Below, piece after piece: positions 36,150 to 50,451 of a stretch of DNA of 64,000 nt. How positions within the stretch are numbered: position 1 is the first letter of the stretch; each line of letters opens with the position of its first letter. The notes under the pieces are model-generated. The model did no database searches. It worked only from the letters and a program-made list of their open reading frames with translations, and was not told where the DNA came from. Source of the stretch: Octopus sinensis. Its lineage: Eukaryota. Where the stretch lies: contig NC_042999.1 in NCBI RefSeq assembly GCF_006345805.1, positions 168,702,001 to 168,766,000 on the forward strand, given 5' to 3'. The translations under genes were made by a program, and so were the position numbers.

Positions 36150-38785
36150 ATATTTTACTATAAAATTGGATTTAATCCTAAATCTGATTTTTTTCCCTGT
36201 AAATTTGGATTTATTCCCTAATATTTATTATTATATATATATATATATACTATTTATTTCCAAGAAAGTTAAAGGTTGTGAATCCAACCAACTAAGGGAT
36301 AATATCTGTCCAATATACTGCGCTGGTAGAATACCCAATTACTAAATGGGTGAAGGTAAAGAGATATTTTACCATTAATTTATAGAGCAATAAGAAAATG
36401 GAGGGGATCAACAGGTGGTTCATCAACTGACAATTACAAGAATATACATACATGCATAACATATTATGCTTAAGTTATATATATATATATATATATGCAT
36501 GGCATCTTGGGCAAGTGTCTTCCACTATACCCTTGGGCTGACCAAAGCCTTGCGAGTGGATTTGGTAGATGGAAACTGAAAAAAAGCCTGTCGTATATAT
36601 GTATATGTTTGTGTGTCTGTGTTTGTCTTCACGCAACATTGCTTGACAACCGATGCTGGTGTGTTTACATCCCCGTAACTTAGCGGTTTGGCAAAAGAGA
36701 CCGATAGAATAAGTACTAGACTTACAAAGAATGAGTCCTGGGGTCGATTTGCTCGACTAAAGGTAGTGCTCCAGCATGGCCACAGTCAAATGACTGAAAC
36801 AAGTAAAAGAGTATATACCAGAGTATACACTCAAAAGTATTCATAAAACATTTTATCCTTTTGATATAATTCTTCTTCTTAATAATCCTTTGAATAACCC
36901 TAAACTTTAACTTTATACAATATAGCAGTATTGCTTATAATATTTAACTATAGTACTACATGATAAGACTTCCCCTGTTTCATTATCAATGGTCTGCTAG
37001 TGAGCAGCCCCCTTAATTGTCAGCTAAAATCTTGATTTAAGTTTTCCATTACCAAATCCCACGATATTGCTTCAAATAAATCTTGATTTTTATGACTATA
37101 CCCACTATGATTTCTGTTGACTCCCTCAGCCCGACCCCTAACAGACTCAGCCTTAGATATACAAGGATTTGATAGAACTAGTCTATAAATTAAAACTGGC
37201 TCCATATAAAAGTGACAAGCAAAATCTGTAACAAGTCTTTCTTCCTGATAACTTAGTAGCATCTAAATGGAAGGAAGGGCAATTTCTTGGAGATTTTAGG
37301 CAAAATTATACTAATGTGTCCATCTGTTTTATTTTAATTAAATTCTACGTCTTTGTGCAGCTGAGGATTGCTCTGCATTTAAATTGATGTATTAGTTGCA
37401 TGTTCAATAAAATGGAGTTGCGTGAAACGATCGTACTGCATTACCTCTGGATATCCTTGTTGCTTATTTTGATGTATGTATGTATGTATGTGTGTGTGTG
37501 TATATATATACGTGAGTGAGAGAATAAAGAGTCTTTTAAGGGAAATCAGGTTGTTATTACTAGCTAACTGGATCACTTCGTAGGTCCTCTTTGTGGCTAC
37601 CACTAGAAACAATGATAGCGGAGGAACCAAATTGCAAACCACGATAAAGCGCTGCCTATGGGAATGAGCAGAGTTTTAAACATCTTTATATCACCCTTGG
37701 TTTCGTTTCAAAATTAACTGTATATGATAAGCTCATTATTATTTTAAAGCCTTCGATCAAAAGTCCGTTCCAAACATCAGCTCCATAACGATAACTTTGT
37801 TGAAGTGTATTTCAACAGAAATATGGGGTTAATCAGACAAAGGATATGGTATGGGGTCTTATCAAAGATCACCGACACTATACAACAGGAAACATACCAG
37901 GCAGCAAAATTAGATGTCAAGTAACAACTACATCTTAGTCTAACGGAATAGCTAGCAGATTAGGGTACTAGTAGCATCCTACGAGCTGACTGGCGCATGC
38001 ACGATATATACTTGTATCGCACGTCCCCGACTGCCTACGTCTGGCCGGCACGTACGCGCGTCTGCGCAAACCGGGTCCAGTCTACGCTACTAGTACCGCA
38101 GATTAGTTTTCCTAATGCGACGTCGGTTACCTTAATTGGGATCAGGGGAGATAACTGCTGACGGGAGCCAAAATGCAATTAGGCGACAATTAAGGTTTTT
38201 AAATATTTTCTAAAACAAATCTTAATTAGTCCGACATAATATTTGCATGTTAATATTTAGCAATATGCAAGTAGAAGTGAAGGAATACAAGGAAAAATAT
38301 ATAGACAGTGTTACAAATTAGTCGAAAACGTGAGCATTGTAAAAGGCGGGATTTTGTAGCATGTTTTGTGATGTCTTTATAAAGAGAACAGCCTAAAATA
38401 TAAATATAGAAATGATTTTTAATTTCTTGAAAAACTCCAACAAAAAATATATATAATCAAAGCATGACCTTAAAATATAAATAAAACCAGGCATGTATTT
38501 TTTCTCGTGACCGAATTAGCATTTTAAATAAATTTCTGTTGTCTAAATATTGTCGGGAAGAGGAAAGAAAGTGGAGTTTCTCAAATGCAACATTTCAAAG
38601 TATTTATTTGAAAGCGACGAGTGAGGAATATTTATCGTACAAGACCAATTAAAAATTATTTAATTAAGGCTGATTTGATCGATTTGATCAATAGCAAATC
38701 ACCCTTAATTATATAATTTTTTTCAAGAGTGGAACTAACATAAAAGAATTACATATATTCGGATTTAATTCATAAATTCTCTTAC

Positions 38786-38803
38786 CTTACTTGCAGAACT
38801 CAT
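38786..38803 (-). CDS. BAP18: BAP18/C17orf49 homologue, coding exon 1 (MSSASK)
   Basis: ATG AGT TCT GCA AGT AAG followed by a GTAAG donor; phase 0 joins to VGEIF (vertebrate MTSASTKVGEIF). Confidence 0.85.
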
Positions 38804-40813
38804 TGTATGTTTACATAAAGTTGATTCAAAAATAAAGACGATCGGTGTTGAGATTAATACTCTCAAACCCAAAGGCCGCCAGTTGCCTTTAGGTCTGTTT
38901 GTTCTTCATCCGCTTCATAATACATTTTTTAAATATAAATAAATGAGGATTTAGAATTGTATTATTTCGTAATTAATTATACACTAAACAAATTAAATTT
39001 TTAAATTTTACACACACACACATATATGGAGATTTTTTAAAAATTATTTTTACACTGATGTAGTTTTGCGTGCTGCTGACGAAAAATACATCCAATTCAT
39101 TTTGTTTTTTTAAAGAAATTAATAATAAAAATATCACAAGCATTTAAATAAGGCGATCTTACGGTATACCGTAAGATCGCCTAAAATAATGTAAATTTAG
39201 CTAATTGAAAGACTCTTTTGCTGACATACAGGAAGTTGCAACAGTTTCCATGGAGATAGCAAGACATTGAAGACGAAACTTTTACGTAGACTCTCGACCT
39301 ACTGGAAATAGCAGCCAAATCTTTCTTAAACAATACGATAACGTCTAAAAAAAAACCCACAAAGAACAAGTACCTATTTCTTTACTACCCATAAGGGGCT
39401 AAACGCAGAGACGACAAACAAGGACAGACACACGGATTAAGTCGATTAAATCGATCCCAGTGCGTAACTGGTACTTAATTTATCGACCCCGAAAGGATGA
39501 AAGGTAAAGTCGACCTCGGCGGAATTTGAACTCAGAACGTAACGGCAGACGAAATACCGCTAAGCATTTCGCCCGGCGTGCTAACCACTCTGCCAGCTCG
39601 CCGTTTATTTCCTCGCTTAAGGACCTGCCTTAAGCGAGGAAATAAACGAACTTTATTTATGGAGAAATAATTGGTTTTTCTTTATTCTTTTTCTTGTTTC
39701 AGTCATTTGACTGCAGCCATGCTGGAGCACCGCCTTGAAGGGTTTTAGTCGAACAAGTCAACCCCAGGACTTATTTTAAGCGTAGTACTATCGGTCGCTT
39801 TTTCTGAACTGCAAAGTTGTGGGGACGTAAATACACCAGCATCAGTTGTCAGGCAATGATGAGGGCGAAAACACAGACACAAAGACACACATACAGATAT
39901 ACAAATCCACTCTCAAAGCATTGGTCGGTCAATGCGAGGCAGAGGGAGTCATCTATGAGCGTGTGGTGATACCCAGACCTAACAACCATAGTAATTGCAG
40001 CAACAGATCATCCAACATCATCGACGGTATCAGAAGCAGCAGAAACACTGCACTGACGCCAACGACACCAGCACCAGCAGAATGGCCGGAGATGATGACC
40101 AGGCACACACCAGCGAGGTCACCAATATCACCAATGATGGCACTCACATCACCATTGGCAACAGTAGTGCCAACGCCACAGGCAGGGATGACCACTACAA
40201 TGACAACAGCTGCAGCAATATCGCCAGACACCTACCCAACAGACTTTTTTCCACACCCACCCCAATATAAACTCCCACACATATTGTACCTCTACACACA
40301 CACCATATGCATGTATCAAGACTCCACAAATTTATCCACTACATAAAAGAAAGAAAGCATACAAACAAACAGATGTGTATGCTCACACCCATTGCAAAGG
40401 TTATACATTCAGTATTACTACACACATTCCATTTCCACACAAACATAAACCTTAAGGAGACACACATTTCCTACAAACTTTTCCAGAAAACTCTTACCGA
40501 CTTACAGCATAACCAGTGGCGATGTTTTGGTACTTAACTGAACTCCTTTCTCATTTCATTTCATCAGCAACCACGAACCAGATGTATCTATTCACCTACA
40601 GCAATAGAGAGCAGTCGCCATATTTTATTCCATAATGGCTAACTCTGATGAGTGCAGAGTTACATAATTGGATTGTTACTTAATACTCTGTTGAATACTT
40701 AGTGTGAAACTGATTGGTAAGATTGACTGTAATGGATATATAATACTGTACATTATCACATTATGTTGTTGTAATACGCAAAATAAACTTGCTTCTATCT
40801 TGAGCTGGAATCG

Positions 40814-41468
40814 GTGACAATCCCTCCAAGTGTCGGATCATGGGAAAATCAGTCAGACCTCAAAGTTGTAATCACATGTAAGCTTTCCCAACCACTCGCC
40901 AGCAAAGACTACTACACAACGACTGCTCCCAGCACACGACTTGTCCTAGCCACAGACCCCATAAGAGAGAGGCTGTCTTCAACCTGTTGCTTCCTAATGT
41001 GACGTCATATCATCCCTCTTCTCATTCCTTCATGATGTCACTCCCTCACCTTTCCAGTCACTCATCCTTCCTCCACACACAACCCTGATCACTGCCCTAC
41101 TATTCTGTTTTGTAATTGGTCATCCACTTGATCGGGGGGCAACGTTCCCTTTGAAATCTCCATAAAGTCTCAGGGCTGGCCTCTCTTTGTCATCAAAAGA
41201 GCTAATCACCCTTCGAATATCCAAGATGTAATGGGGCATTCCATCCACTGATACATTATTCATTGTACTGATTGTGGCTACTGTTCCTTTTCCCCACTGT
41301 GTTGTGCACCGAGCATTTGGGAGCTTCACCCAAACTTCGTCTCCGACCTGTACAGATGCAGCCCCTTAACCTCTAGTTGCTGTGGTACCATGGGTGTCTC
41401 CATTTGTATCAGAATGTGGCCTTTTGCGGGATTCCCTCACCTTTCCGGTCACTTATCCTTCCTCCACA
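40814..41468 (-). mobile_element. Internally deleted Gypsy-like LTR element remnant
   Basis: VQVGDEVWVKLPNARCTTQWGKGTV...VDGMPHYILDIRRV (integrase C-terminal-like) between two TGTGGAGGAAGGAT direct-repeat starts at 41468 and 41077. Confidence 0.6.
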
Positions 41469-42639
41469 TATAAAGTATTTTCTATTTACAGTTAGAAGAA
41501 TATTTTTAAAAATGAAAGCTAACAAACAAATTGAGTGCAAAATGTAGAAATGACTCCCTAGCTTTTAAAAAAATTGGGGATTTTTAAATTTCCACAATAT
41601 GATTTTTAAAAAATATAAGGCACTAAATTTGTAATATTAAATTTTTAATGTGTAAACTTGGCAGAAATTAGTCTTTCACTAAAACTGAAAATAAATTGCT
41701 TAAGTGTTTTTCCTCCATGTCCTGTACTTTTCCAGGTTCAATACTTGAAAATATTCTAGTATTCTACACCCGCATTTTTCATTCTAGCCCACCTTTTTTC
41801 CCCCAGGCAACACTTATTATTTTAATTAATTATATTTACTTTTATATTTTTCATTATAGTAATACTAAAAAGAAGACAGAAATCTTTTAAATTCAAACAG
41901 GAACAAAAATGGGCAGTATACCACTATGGAGAATCAAACCATGTATCTCATTGTACCATAGGCACTCTCTTTTATAATGCCAAGTATCTTAAAATGATAA
42001 AAATGTTTTGATTTGTTAAAGTTATAACCTTTTTTTTTCATCACTTAAAGCCACACCAATTTTTTTGTAGCAAATATTTTTTGACGAGATTTTCACCATA
42101 AGATTCTTCTGAAAGAGCTTTTTCATTTGACTATAACTATTGTATAGTTTTCTTTTCCAATAGCTGAGGTATTTTGATTCAAAGTCAATTTTGGTGGTTG
42201 CTAACCATTTTATTTGTCATTGAAATCCAAACTACTTTTTTCATAACAAATATATTTTAACTGGGTTTTCGCCAAAAGAGTATTCTCACTGAGCACATTT
42301 TTTAAACCCAATTAATTTATACTTTTCTTTTAAAATAACAGATATTTTGATTCAAAGTCAATTTTCTCCTTAATCTCCCATTTTTTTACCTAACTTTTTT
42401 TTTGCTAATGAACTAAATTTCAATTATTTTATTTCCAAATGTAGCTTAATACTGGACCACCATTGTTGAAAAATCACATTCAGTTTGGTTGAGAACTGAA
42501 TTAGAGATGAAGGCTAGAACTGCTCACGAATGACTATGGGATGGAAGTGTTTTTGGAGTATTCTGAATAATAACTTGGCAGTTGATTTGGAGACTTCTAT
42601 GCTGAAGTGGGGAATGAACCAAATAATTTTCCTTTTTCT

Positions 42640-43330
42640 ACTTTTATATTTTTTATCTATGGGTAGTGTGTTGTTTATGTATTGCACTTTTTCCTTCTAA
42701 CCGCTGATATTGAGGGCTTTGTTATATGACATTGCTATTTTGTTGAGTATTTTTAGTTGAAAGATAAAAAAGAAAGTGTTAGAGATATGTTTCCCACTAA
42801 GTTTTTTAATTATACTTTTTGGATGGTTAGATTGCCTATGTGTATACTAGATATTTTTTCTTATCTTTCCTGCAAGTTTTATAAATACTAGATTTTAAGC
42901 CGAGAGTAACAACAAAAAAGTTGTTAATTTTAGATGTGTTACTACTATAATGGAGAAGCCTAAATTTTTAAAGGTGTGGTGTAGTCCTTTTCCAAATTCA
43001 TCGGTCTTTATGGGTAATAATTTTCTGAGAGGAGTAGACCGGTGACCCAGTAGAGACCACTTGAGAAGGAAATTTGTTGTGTAAGTTTTCTAATATGTAA
43101 AGGCCAATGATGTCACTTAGCTCTGCTGAGTCCTTTGATTCCATGCTTATATTGAATGGTTCTTTTGTGTTTTTCTTAATCCAGAAAGTATTGTGGTGCA
43201 AAAGGAAGGATTTCCTATTGTTGCTGTTTCAGTATCATTTACGGAAGGTTTATTATTGCCATGTTCAAAGCAGCCATAAGTATTATTTATGTCATTGACG
43301 TGTAATAGTCTCTAATGTCAAACTGGAAAA
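42640..43330 (-). mobile_element. Penelope-like RT remnant
   Basis: FNISMESKDSAELSDIIGLYIL resembles the MGS..SA...DLVGIYLL motif at about 53490-53525; hammerhead remnant nearby at 43446-43492. Confidence 0.55.
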
Positions 43331-43577
43331 TATAGCATTTAATTTTGTTGGAGGAGTTTGCATTTCAATGTTGGTGAGAATTTATCTCTGATTCTTTTAA
43401 AAACTTACCAGAGACTATATAAAACCAAGGTGAACTCAAATTTACCACATTCTGATGAAGGCTAAACAGGCCAAAACTTGAAAGTCACTCTCAACACTAT
43501 TCTTGTAAAGGTATAATATATATAATAAGGTATAATATAATATATATGTGTGTGTATGAATATGTATGTACGTAATT

Positions 43578-43922
43578 GCTGCAGTAGTGATTTTGCACTG
43601 CTGCAGTGAACAAGTGCTAGATTTCGCTGCACAGCTGAAAGTCCTCTGTGCATCAGTACGTTGTGGGCCATGGTGCTTTACAACCAATAATCACTGAACT
43701 TCAGCATCATTTTCATCAAAACAGTCTCTGCGTCCCAGTACATTGAAAAACCTGGTCTTGAAAATTTTCCCATACTAGACAAGCAAGTCTGAATACTGGA
43801 CAAACGAGTCTGAAGCTCTTTCCTCAACACAGCATCACAATGTATTGCTGCAGAGAGGACTTTCAGTTGTGCAGCGAAATCTAGCACTTGCCCACTATAG
43901 CAGTGTAAAATAACTACTGCAG
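43578..43922. mobile_element. MITE-like element with about 85-bp imperfect terminal inverted repeats
   Basis: gcagtagtgattttgcactgctgcagtgaacaagtgctagatttcgctgcacagctgaaagtcctc and its reverse complement at about 43835-43922. Confidence 0.7.
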
Positions 43923-43924
43923 TG

Positions 43925-45860
43925 ATCTCTCAGGAAGATGCAGAACACTTGTTGGGAAGGTGTCTTCTACTGTATTTACCAAATCAACAGAAATCACAGG
44001 TCGCTGGATTAAACACTTCTCTGAACTCCTGAACCTTGAATCAGTTGTGGATGAAGCAGTGATTGATACTATGCAACAAAAACCTATCATTGGCTCCTTA
44101 AATTCCATGCTTCTGATAGATGAGGTAATCTTTGTAGGGCATCTGGATGGGATGGAATTTGTGCTGAGATCTTGCGATTTGCATGAGCTTATTAGTGTTG
44201 TCTGGAGGGATGGCACAATACCTAAGGACTGGAAGGATGCAATTATTCTTTCTCTCTTTAAAGGAAATGGAGCCAGAGTAATGTGTGGTAACTACAGAGG
44301 TATTGCTCTACTATCAGCTGCTGGCAAGGTTCTGGCAAATGTTCTTACCTGCCTGAATGGGTCTCTCATAAATGATGTCCTATCTGAATCTCAATGTGTC
44401 TTGCTGTGAAATGATTTTCACAGCAAGACAGATGTAGAAGTTCTATGAGCAGAATATGGATCTTGTCCAGGTAGTCATTGATTTAACCAAGGTCTTTGAT
44501 ATAGTTAATAGGGCCTTGCTATGGAAAATACTCAGCAAACTTGGACGTCCAGATCACAGTGTATCTATAATTAAATCATTTCATGATGGGATGGAGACTT
44601 GGATCGATGTTGGTGGTGGCATGGCGGGACCCATTCCTGTAGAGAATGGTGTCAAGCAGGATGACATCTTTGCCCTAACTCTCTTTTCTTTGTAATTTGC
44701 TGCTACTTTCACTTGTACTTTTGCTAAAGTTAGCTCTCTGGGTATATGTCAGATATCGATTAAATGGCCACCTCTTTAATCTACACCGATTTGCTGCCAA
44801 TTCGAAAGTTTTCCAGTCTCTTATTCTTGACCTCCTTTATGCAGATGACTTAGTCACTCATACAGTGGATGACATGCAGATACTTATGAATTGTATTTCT
44901 GTTGTTTTTTGGTTTTTCTAAGGCATTTGGACTCAGCGTTAGCCTGGACAAGACTGTTGTAATGTTCCAGCCTGCACCAGGAAACCCATATGTGGAACCA
45001 GCTATCTTGGTTGAAGGAACAATTCTGAAAGCGGTAGACAAGTTTGTCGACCTGAGCAGCACACTCAACCGTTTTTACTCCTTGGGTAATGAAATATCTT
45101 TCAAGCTGCAGAGAGCAACTGATTCCTTCCGGTCTCTTCAGTCTCATGTCTAGTCCCAGCATGGCATCACAAGGCAAACAAAAATTGCTGTGTACCGTGC
45201 ATGTATACTGACATCGCTCCTTTATTCATGTGAGACATGAACCCTTTACAAACATCATGTAAGGGTCTTTGAAAGCTTTCATCAGAGATGTCTGAGACAC
45301 ATTCTGAATGTTGGCTAGACCTTAAAAACTCCAGACACATAGGTCCTGAGGAAAGCTGATATCTTGAGTATTGAAGCGATGGTGCACAAGCACTAGTTAC
45401 ATTGGACTAGATACCTTATTAGTGAAGGATAGTAGGATCCCTTAACAGATGCTATAAGGGGAACTTGTGAATGGAAAGAGGCCCCGTCAGAAACCAAAGA
45501 TGCGATTTAAGGACTCTGTCAAGTCCTCATTAAAGGCATGTGATAGGCAGGAGACTGACTGGGAGAGCAATGCCTGTCATCACCACAGATGGAGGAAGCA
45601 GGTTAAGGAAGGGGTCAACACCTTTGTGAGAGTACATATTCTGCATGAAGAATTTAAACATGCTGCTTGAAAGCACACTGCTAGTGCAGTGAATGGGGAA
45701 AGCTTGGTTTGTAAATGTTTGCAGTCATGTATGCTTGTCAAGAGCAGGGCTCATTAGCGACCAACGGAACCGCAAATGCAAAATATTAGTCCTAGAGCGC
45801 ACAGTGTTCCTAAAGGTCAGCAATGACCTTCCTCAGTCATGAATGGACGGTCATCATGTA
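43925..45860 (+). mobile_element. Degenerate RTE-clade LINE
   Basis: IPKDWKDAIILSLFKG, NYRGIALLSAAGKV, GVKQDDIFALTLF, LLYADDL; many stops. Confidence 0.88.
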
Positions 45861-46636
45861 TGTATGCATACACATATGCATGAATGTATGTATGTATGAA
45901 TGAATGTATGCATGTGTAGAAGTATATATACATGTGCTTGCGGATGAAATGTGTATCAGTCCTGTTTAATATTTACAAATATTTGATACATATTCATCAT
46001 CATCATCATCATCATCGTTTAGCGTCCGCTTTCCATGCTAGCATGGGTTGGACGGGTCAACTGGGGTCTGTGAAGCTGGAAGGCTTCGTCAGGCCCAGTC
46101 AGATCTGGCAGTGTTTCTACGGCTGGATGCCCTTCCTAACGCCAACGCATTTAAATTTTAATAGTTGAGTTGATGTTGTCTGCAACCCACTGTAGACTAG
46201 TGAAGAAAAGCTCTACTTTATCAAATGTCTGCACTTGCGATTTATTTCTAGTCATTGCATATGACAGGTGAACTGGAAACTGGTTTCTTTTTAAAGTCAC
46301 GGGCAAGCTTGGGATACGCATGCATCACTATGCATCGCCACCGAAACCACCACTACCATCATGTCATTCTCTCTCTCTCTTCCTTTCTTTAATCTCACCA
46401 TCAGAACATCACCCCTCTGCTAAAATTATATTCTAACTCTCCTCTATATCACTACCTTCAACTAACTTTTTTAACCATGTAATAAATTTTACGTTTCCCT
46501 GGTCACATGTGATGGACGCTTCTCTCTCCATCTTTCCCCACTCCCTCTTTCTCTCTAATCATATGAAAACGTTGCCAACAGGCTAAGTATTGTAATGACA
46601 AGCAGCATTATTATAAGATGTCCACATACTCACACT

Positions 46637-46671
<35 letters not shown>

Positions 46672-46673
46672 TA

Positions 46674-49034
46674 TCTCTTATGATAAACGGCAGATTTTCT
46701 CTGCCTCCCAAACCGTTCGTTTTTTATACAATTGTACAATATAGAATTTCTTCAATTGGAATTTACCTATCATTTTTCCAAGTAGATTCCATTGGGTCAT
46801 GGCATGTAAAGTTTTTTCAATTTCACCCCCAATTAAGCAAAAATTCGAGAAAACTCAATATTTTACGATTTCCCTCTTTCATTTCAAGTGCTTCACTCCT
46901 ACCATTACCACTACACTTTCTCCTCCTTTCTCTTTGCAAGTGTGCAGCAATTAAAGTGAAAGTATTTATATAAAAGGGATGAGCAATTAATACTGGTCAT
47001 CCTTTTTGCTAGAGGAAGATCCGCTATTGTCTTATATGCTACACCACTGGTTTTCAATTCATATTAATCAAATTAATATTCAATATTTCACCCTTATTGT
47101 GTGTGTGTGTGTGTATTAGCAATTCGTATAAAATTGCATCAATGACTTGAACTTGAATAAGTGGTTTCACATAAATGGGGATACATTAAAAAGGTTTGTT
47201 ATTATTATTACTGTTTGACTATTGTAATCACGTTTGTTGGTTCCTCGTCAGGGAAACGTTGTTGTGTTGCATTTGTTAAATAATTGTAAACCGTAACCCT
47301 CCCCCTTTCGGAGAAGGGGCTTTGGTTATTGTTTTAAAATTGAATTGTGTCCCTGTTTGGGGAAATTGACAATATTTTCACCGTCTTTACGGAAGCATTT
47401 TTGTTAAAATGCCTTCGATAGAAGAAAGTCCAAAAATGAATTTCGCTGCAGCCGTACACTTCTATACAAGATCCAATTGATCGAAATTGCAAGAGACTGG
47501 CCTACAATTCCAGTCTGTTATATATTTTGAGTATTGTTATCACTAGCGATATCAAGATATAACTTTCTATTTTGTATTTTATGTGTAGATGTATATATAT
47601 ATAGATGTACATGTAATATGTACACATATATATATATATACACATATATACATGCATAATATATCTACCCATACGCACACACGTACACACACACACATAC
47701 ATAGGGGCAGGTGTGGCTGTGTGGTAACAAACTACGTTCGAAGATACTGTACTTGATATGGGTGGTAGTGCCTTGCCGGTCTATGGCCTACCTTCAACAA
47801 ACCGGGAAGGCACAAACACTCTGTCTTCACATTTGCTGCGTGAGACATGTTTTAATGTTGACAAGCTTGCCGAGTACATAGCCGACAATGAGCCAAAGCT
47901 CCTTCCAGAACAGAAGTTCGCTTACAACTCCGTTGTTAATTTAGTCCGGGACAAAGCTAGGGGAATTTTTTTCCTGGACGCTCCTGGGGGTACTGGGAAA
48001 ACTTTTCTCAACAAATTAATATTGGCTGAGATTAGGCGAACACAAGGCATTGCCCTAGCTGTGGCATTATCTGGAATTGCGGCTACTTTGTTGCCAGGCG
48101 GCAGGACAGCTCACTCCACTTTCAAGCTTCCGCTTGACTTAGCGAAGACTGAGGCACCAACTTGCAACATCAGTAACAGCTCCGATCAGGCAGAAGTCTT
48201 CAGACGATGCAAGCTTATTGTTTGGGATGAATGCACGATGGCCCACAGAGGTGCTCTTGAGGCACTAGATAGATCTCTCAGAGACATCAAACACTCTTCA
48301 GCTCCCATGGGAGGCATAACACTTCTTCTTTCAGGGAACTTCCGACAAACACTTCCCGTTATTCCCAAAGGGACTAGAACTGATGCAGTAAGTGCGTGTC
48401 TTAAGTCATCCACATTGTGGCCACTGGTGAAGACTCTCAAACTTCACACCAATATGTGTGCTCATATGCGACGTAATATCACATCAGCAGCATTTTCACA
48501 CACCCTCCTTGCACTTGGCGAAGGCAAAATACCAGGGGATGAAAATGGTAATATTGCCATCGATTCCATTTGTACCATTGTTAAAACGCCTTATGATCTC
48601 AGAGATGCAGTGTTCCCAGATCTACAAGCTAATTATCAGAATATGGATTGGATTGGCCAAAGGGCTATTCTGGCCCCGAGGAATAAAACTGTTCACCATA
48701 TTAATGATTCCAGGGGATGTCTATGTATATAGGTCTATCGATACAACTCCTGACCCAGAGGACGTCATCAACTATCCAATAGAGGTATTCAATTCCTTTG
48801 AGCCCACCGGACTACCACCACACTTTCTCAAACTTAAAGTTGGTGCCCCTATAATGCTCATCAGAAATTTGGTTCCCCCAAAACAATGCAATGGCACACG
48901 TTTGATCGTTAAGTCCTTATCTCCCACCGTAAACTTATATCAATATTTGCCTGAATAATCATCATAATTCAGTGCAATCATTAACAGTACTTTCAAGCAA
49001 TTCAGCCCCGAGCATCGTCGGGCAATTCTGCTAG
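46674..49034 (+). mobile_element. Deleted Helitron with Pif1 helicase remnant
   Basis: A|TCTCTTATGATAAACGGC 5' end (less certain); helicase at 47735-48930; hairpin cccgagcatcgtcggg and CTAG|T 3' end. Confidence 0.75.
47758..48930 (+). pseudogene. Helitron Pif1 (SF1B) helicase, frameshifted and truncated
   Basis: FFLDAPGGTGKT, IVWDECTM, GNFRQTLPV, RAILAPRN, then in a shifted frame LPPHFLKLKVGAPIMLIRNL..QCNGTRL. Confidence 0.92.
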
Positions 49035-49384
49035 TATATATATATATACATACATATATATATTTACATATAGATATACATATATATATGTGTGTGTGTG
49101 TGGTACCTTGGGCAAGTGTTTTTCTACTTTATCCACAGCTAGGGCAATGCCTTGTGAGTGGATTTGGTAGACAGAAACTGAAAGAAGCCCGCAGTACATG
49201 TTTTTCTCCTTACGAGGTCAGTGAATGTCAGTCACTTCAATAAGTATATACAAGTGTTTCTCAGCCTTTTTACCCTTCAGTAACCCTTAAAATAAATTAC
49301 ATGTCTCAAGGAGCTGCTGCACAAAAAAAATTATATACTATATCATCCTCATATTTTTCATCATAGTTCACGTGGTAAATATCA

Positions 49385-49474
<90 letters not shown>

Positions 49475-49485
49475 TGTATATACAT

Positions 49486-49551
<66 letters not shown>

Positions 49552-50249
49552 AATATATATATATATATGTATAAATTTATGCTAATACATAAATGCTAAG
49601 AATTGCGATGCAATTAATTCATTTATTGTATTATATAGGCGAAGGTAAAATGTTTTACCTCAAATTCATAATACAAAATAAGAAAATAGAGGAATACACT
49701 TTAATCAATCATCAACTACAAGATAATACCCATTCACATAATTTATTAACCAACTACATTGGAACATCAAGATCAAACACAATAATACAGAACAAAACAG
49801 TACACATCAATGAGTAATATGATACCATAAGTACCATACGTATAAATAAATATAAATATAAACTATATCTTACAGCTGTTTCGGCCATGTAGATAGGACT
49901 ATCTCATTATGCTCATATTAGCCAGGTGTGTTAAGGTAATATGTGGTTATAAATGAGATACTTACATATATATCCCAAGGCCTCTTCTGAGATTATAAAG
50001 TACAGTTCAAATATGAATATTAGAGAAGGTACACATATACAAGAATAAGTACATATACATAATATACACATACACATAAGTGTATATACACATGCACCTA
50101 CATATATATAAGTATATACATAATAATATACATACATATAAGGTTACAGTTAGTCAAATCAATATATTAGAATATACATACATACACACATCCACATGAA
50201 AGTGTACATATACAAAGTCCAGAGTTCATTGTATTAAGTTACAAAAGGC

Positions 50250-50304
<55 letters not shown>

Positions 50305-50451
50305 AATAATAATAATAACACCAGTAAAAGAATATGTGCATTCCACCATTCACAATACATAGTAGATGATAACAACTGCAGCATTTCTATAGTCAGGGAT
50401 ATTGCCGGCGATAGTACAATTAATAATAATAACAATAATAGGAATAGTATA

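Noticed and set aside
39846-40346. 166-aa Thr/Pro-rich ORF
   Set aside because: Starts inside a SINE and runs through low-complexity sequence upstream of a decayed hammerhead; probably a retroelement UTR.
47228-47260. Minus-strand CTGACGAG hammerhead half
   Set aside because: No convincing stem II, GAAA or stem III follows.
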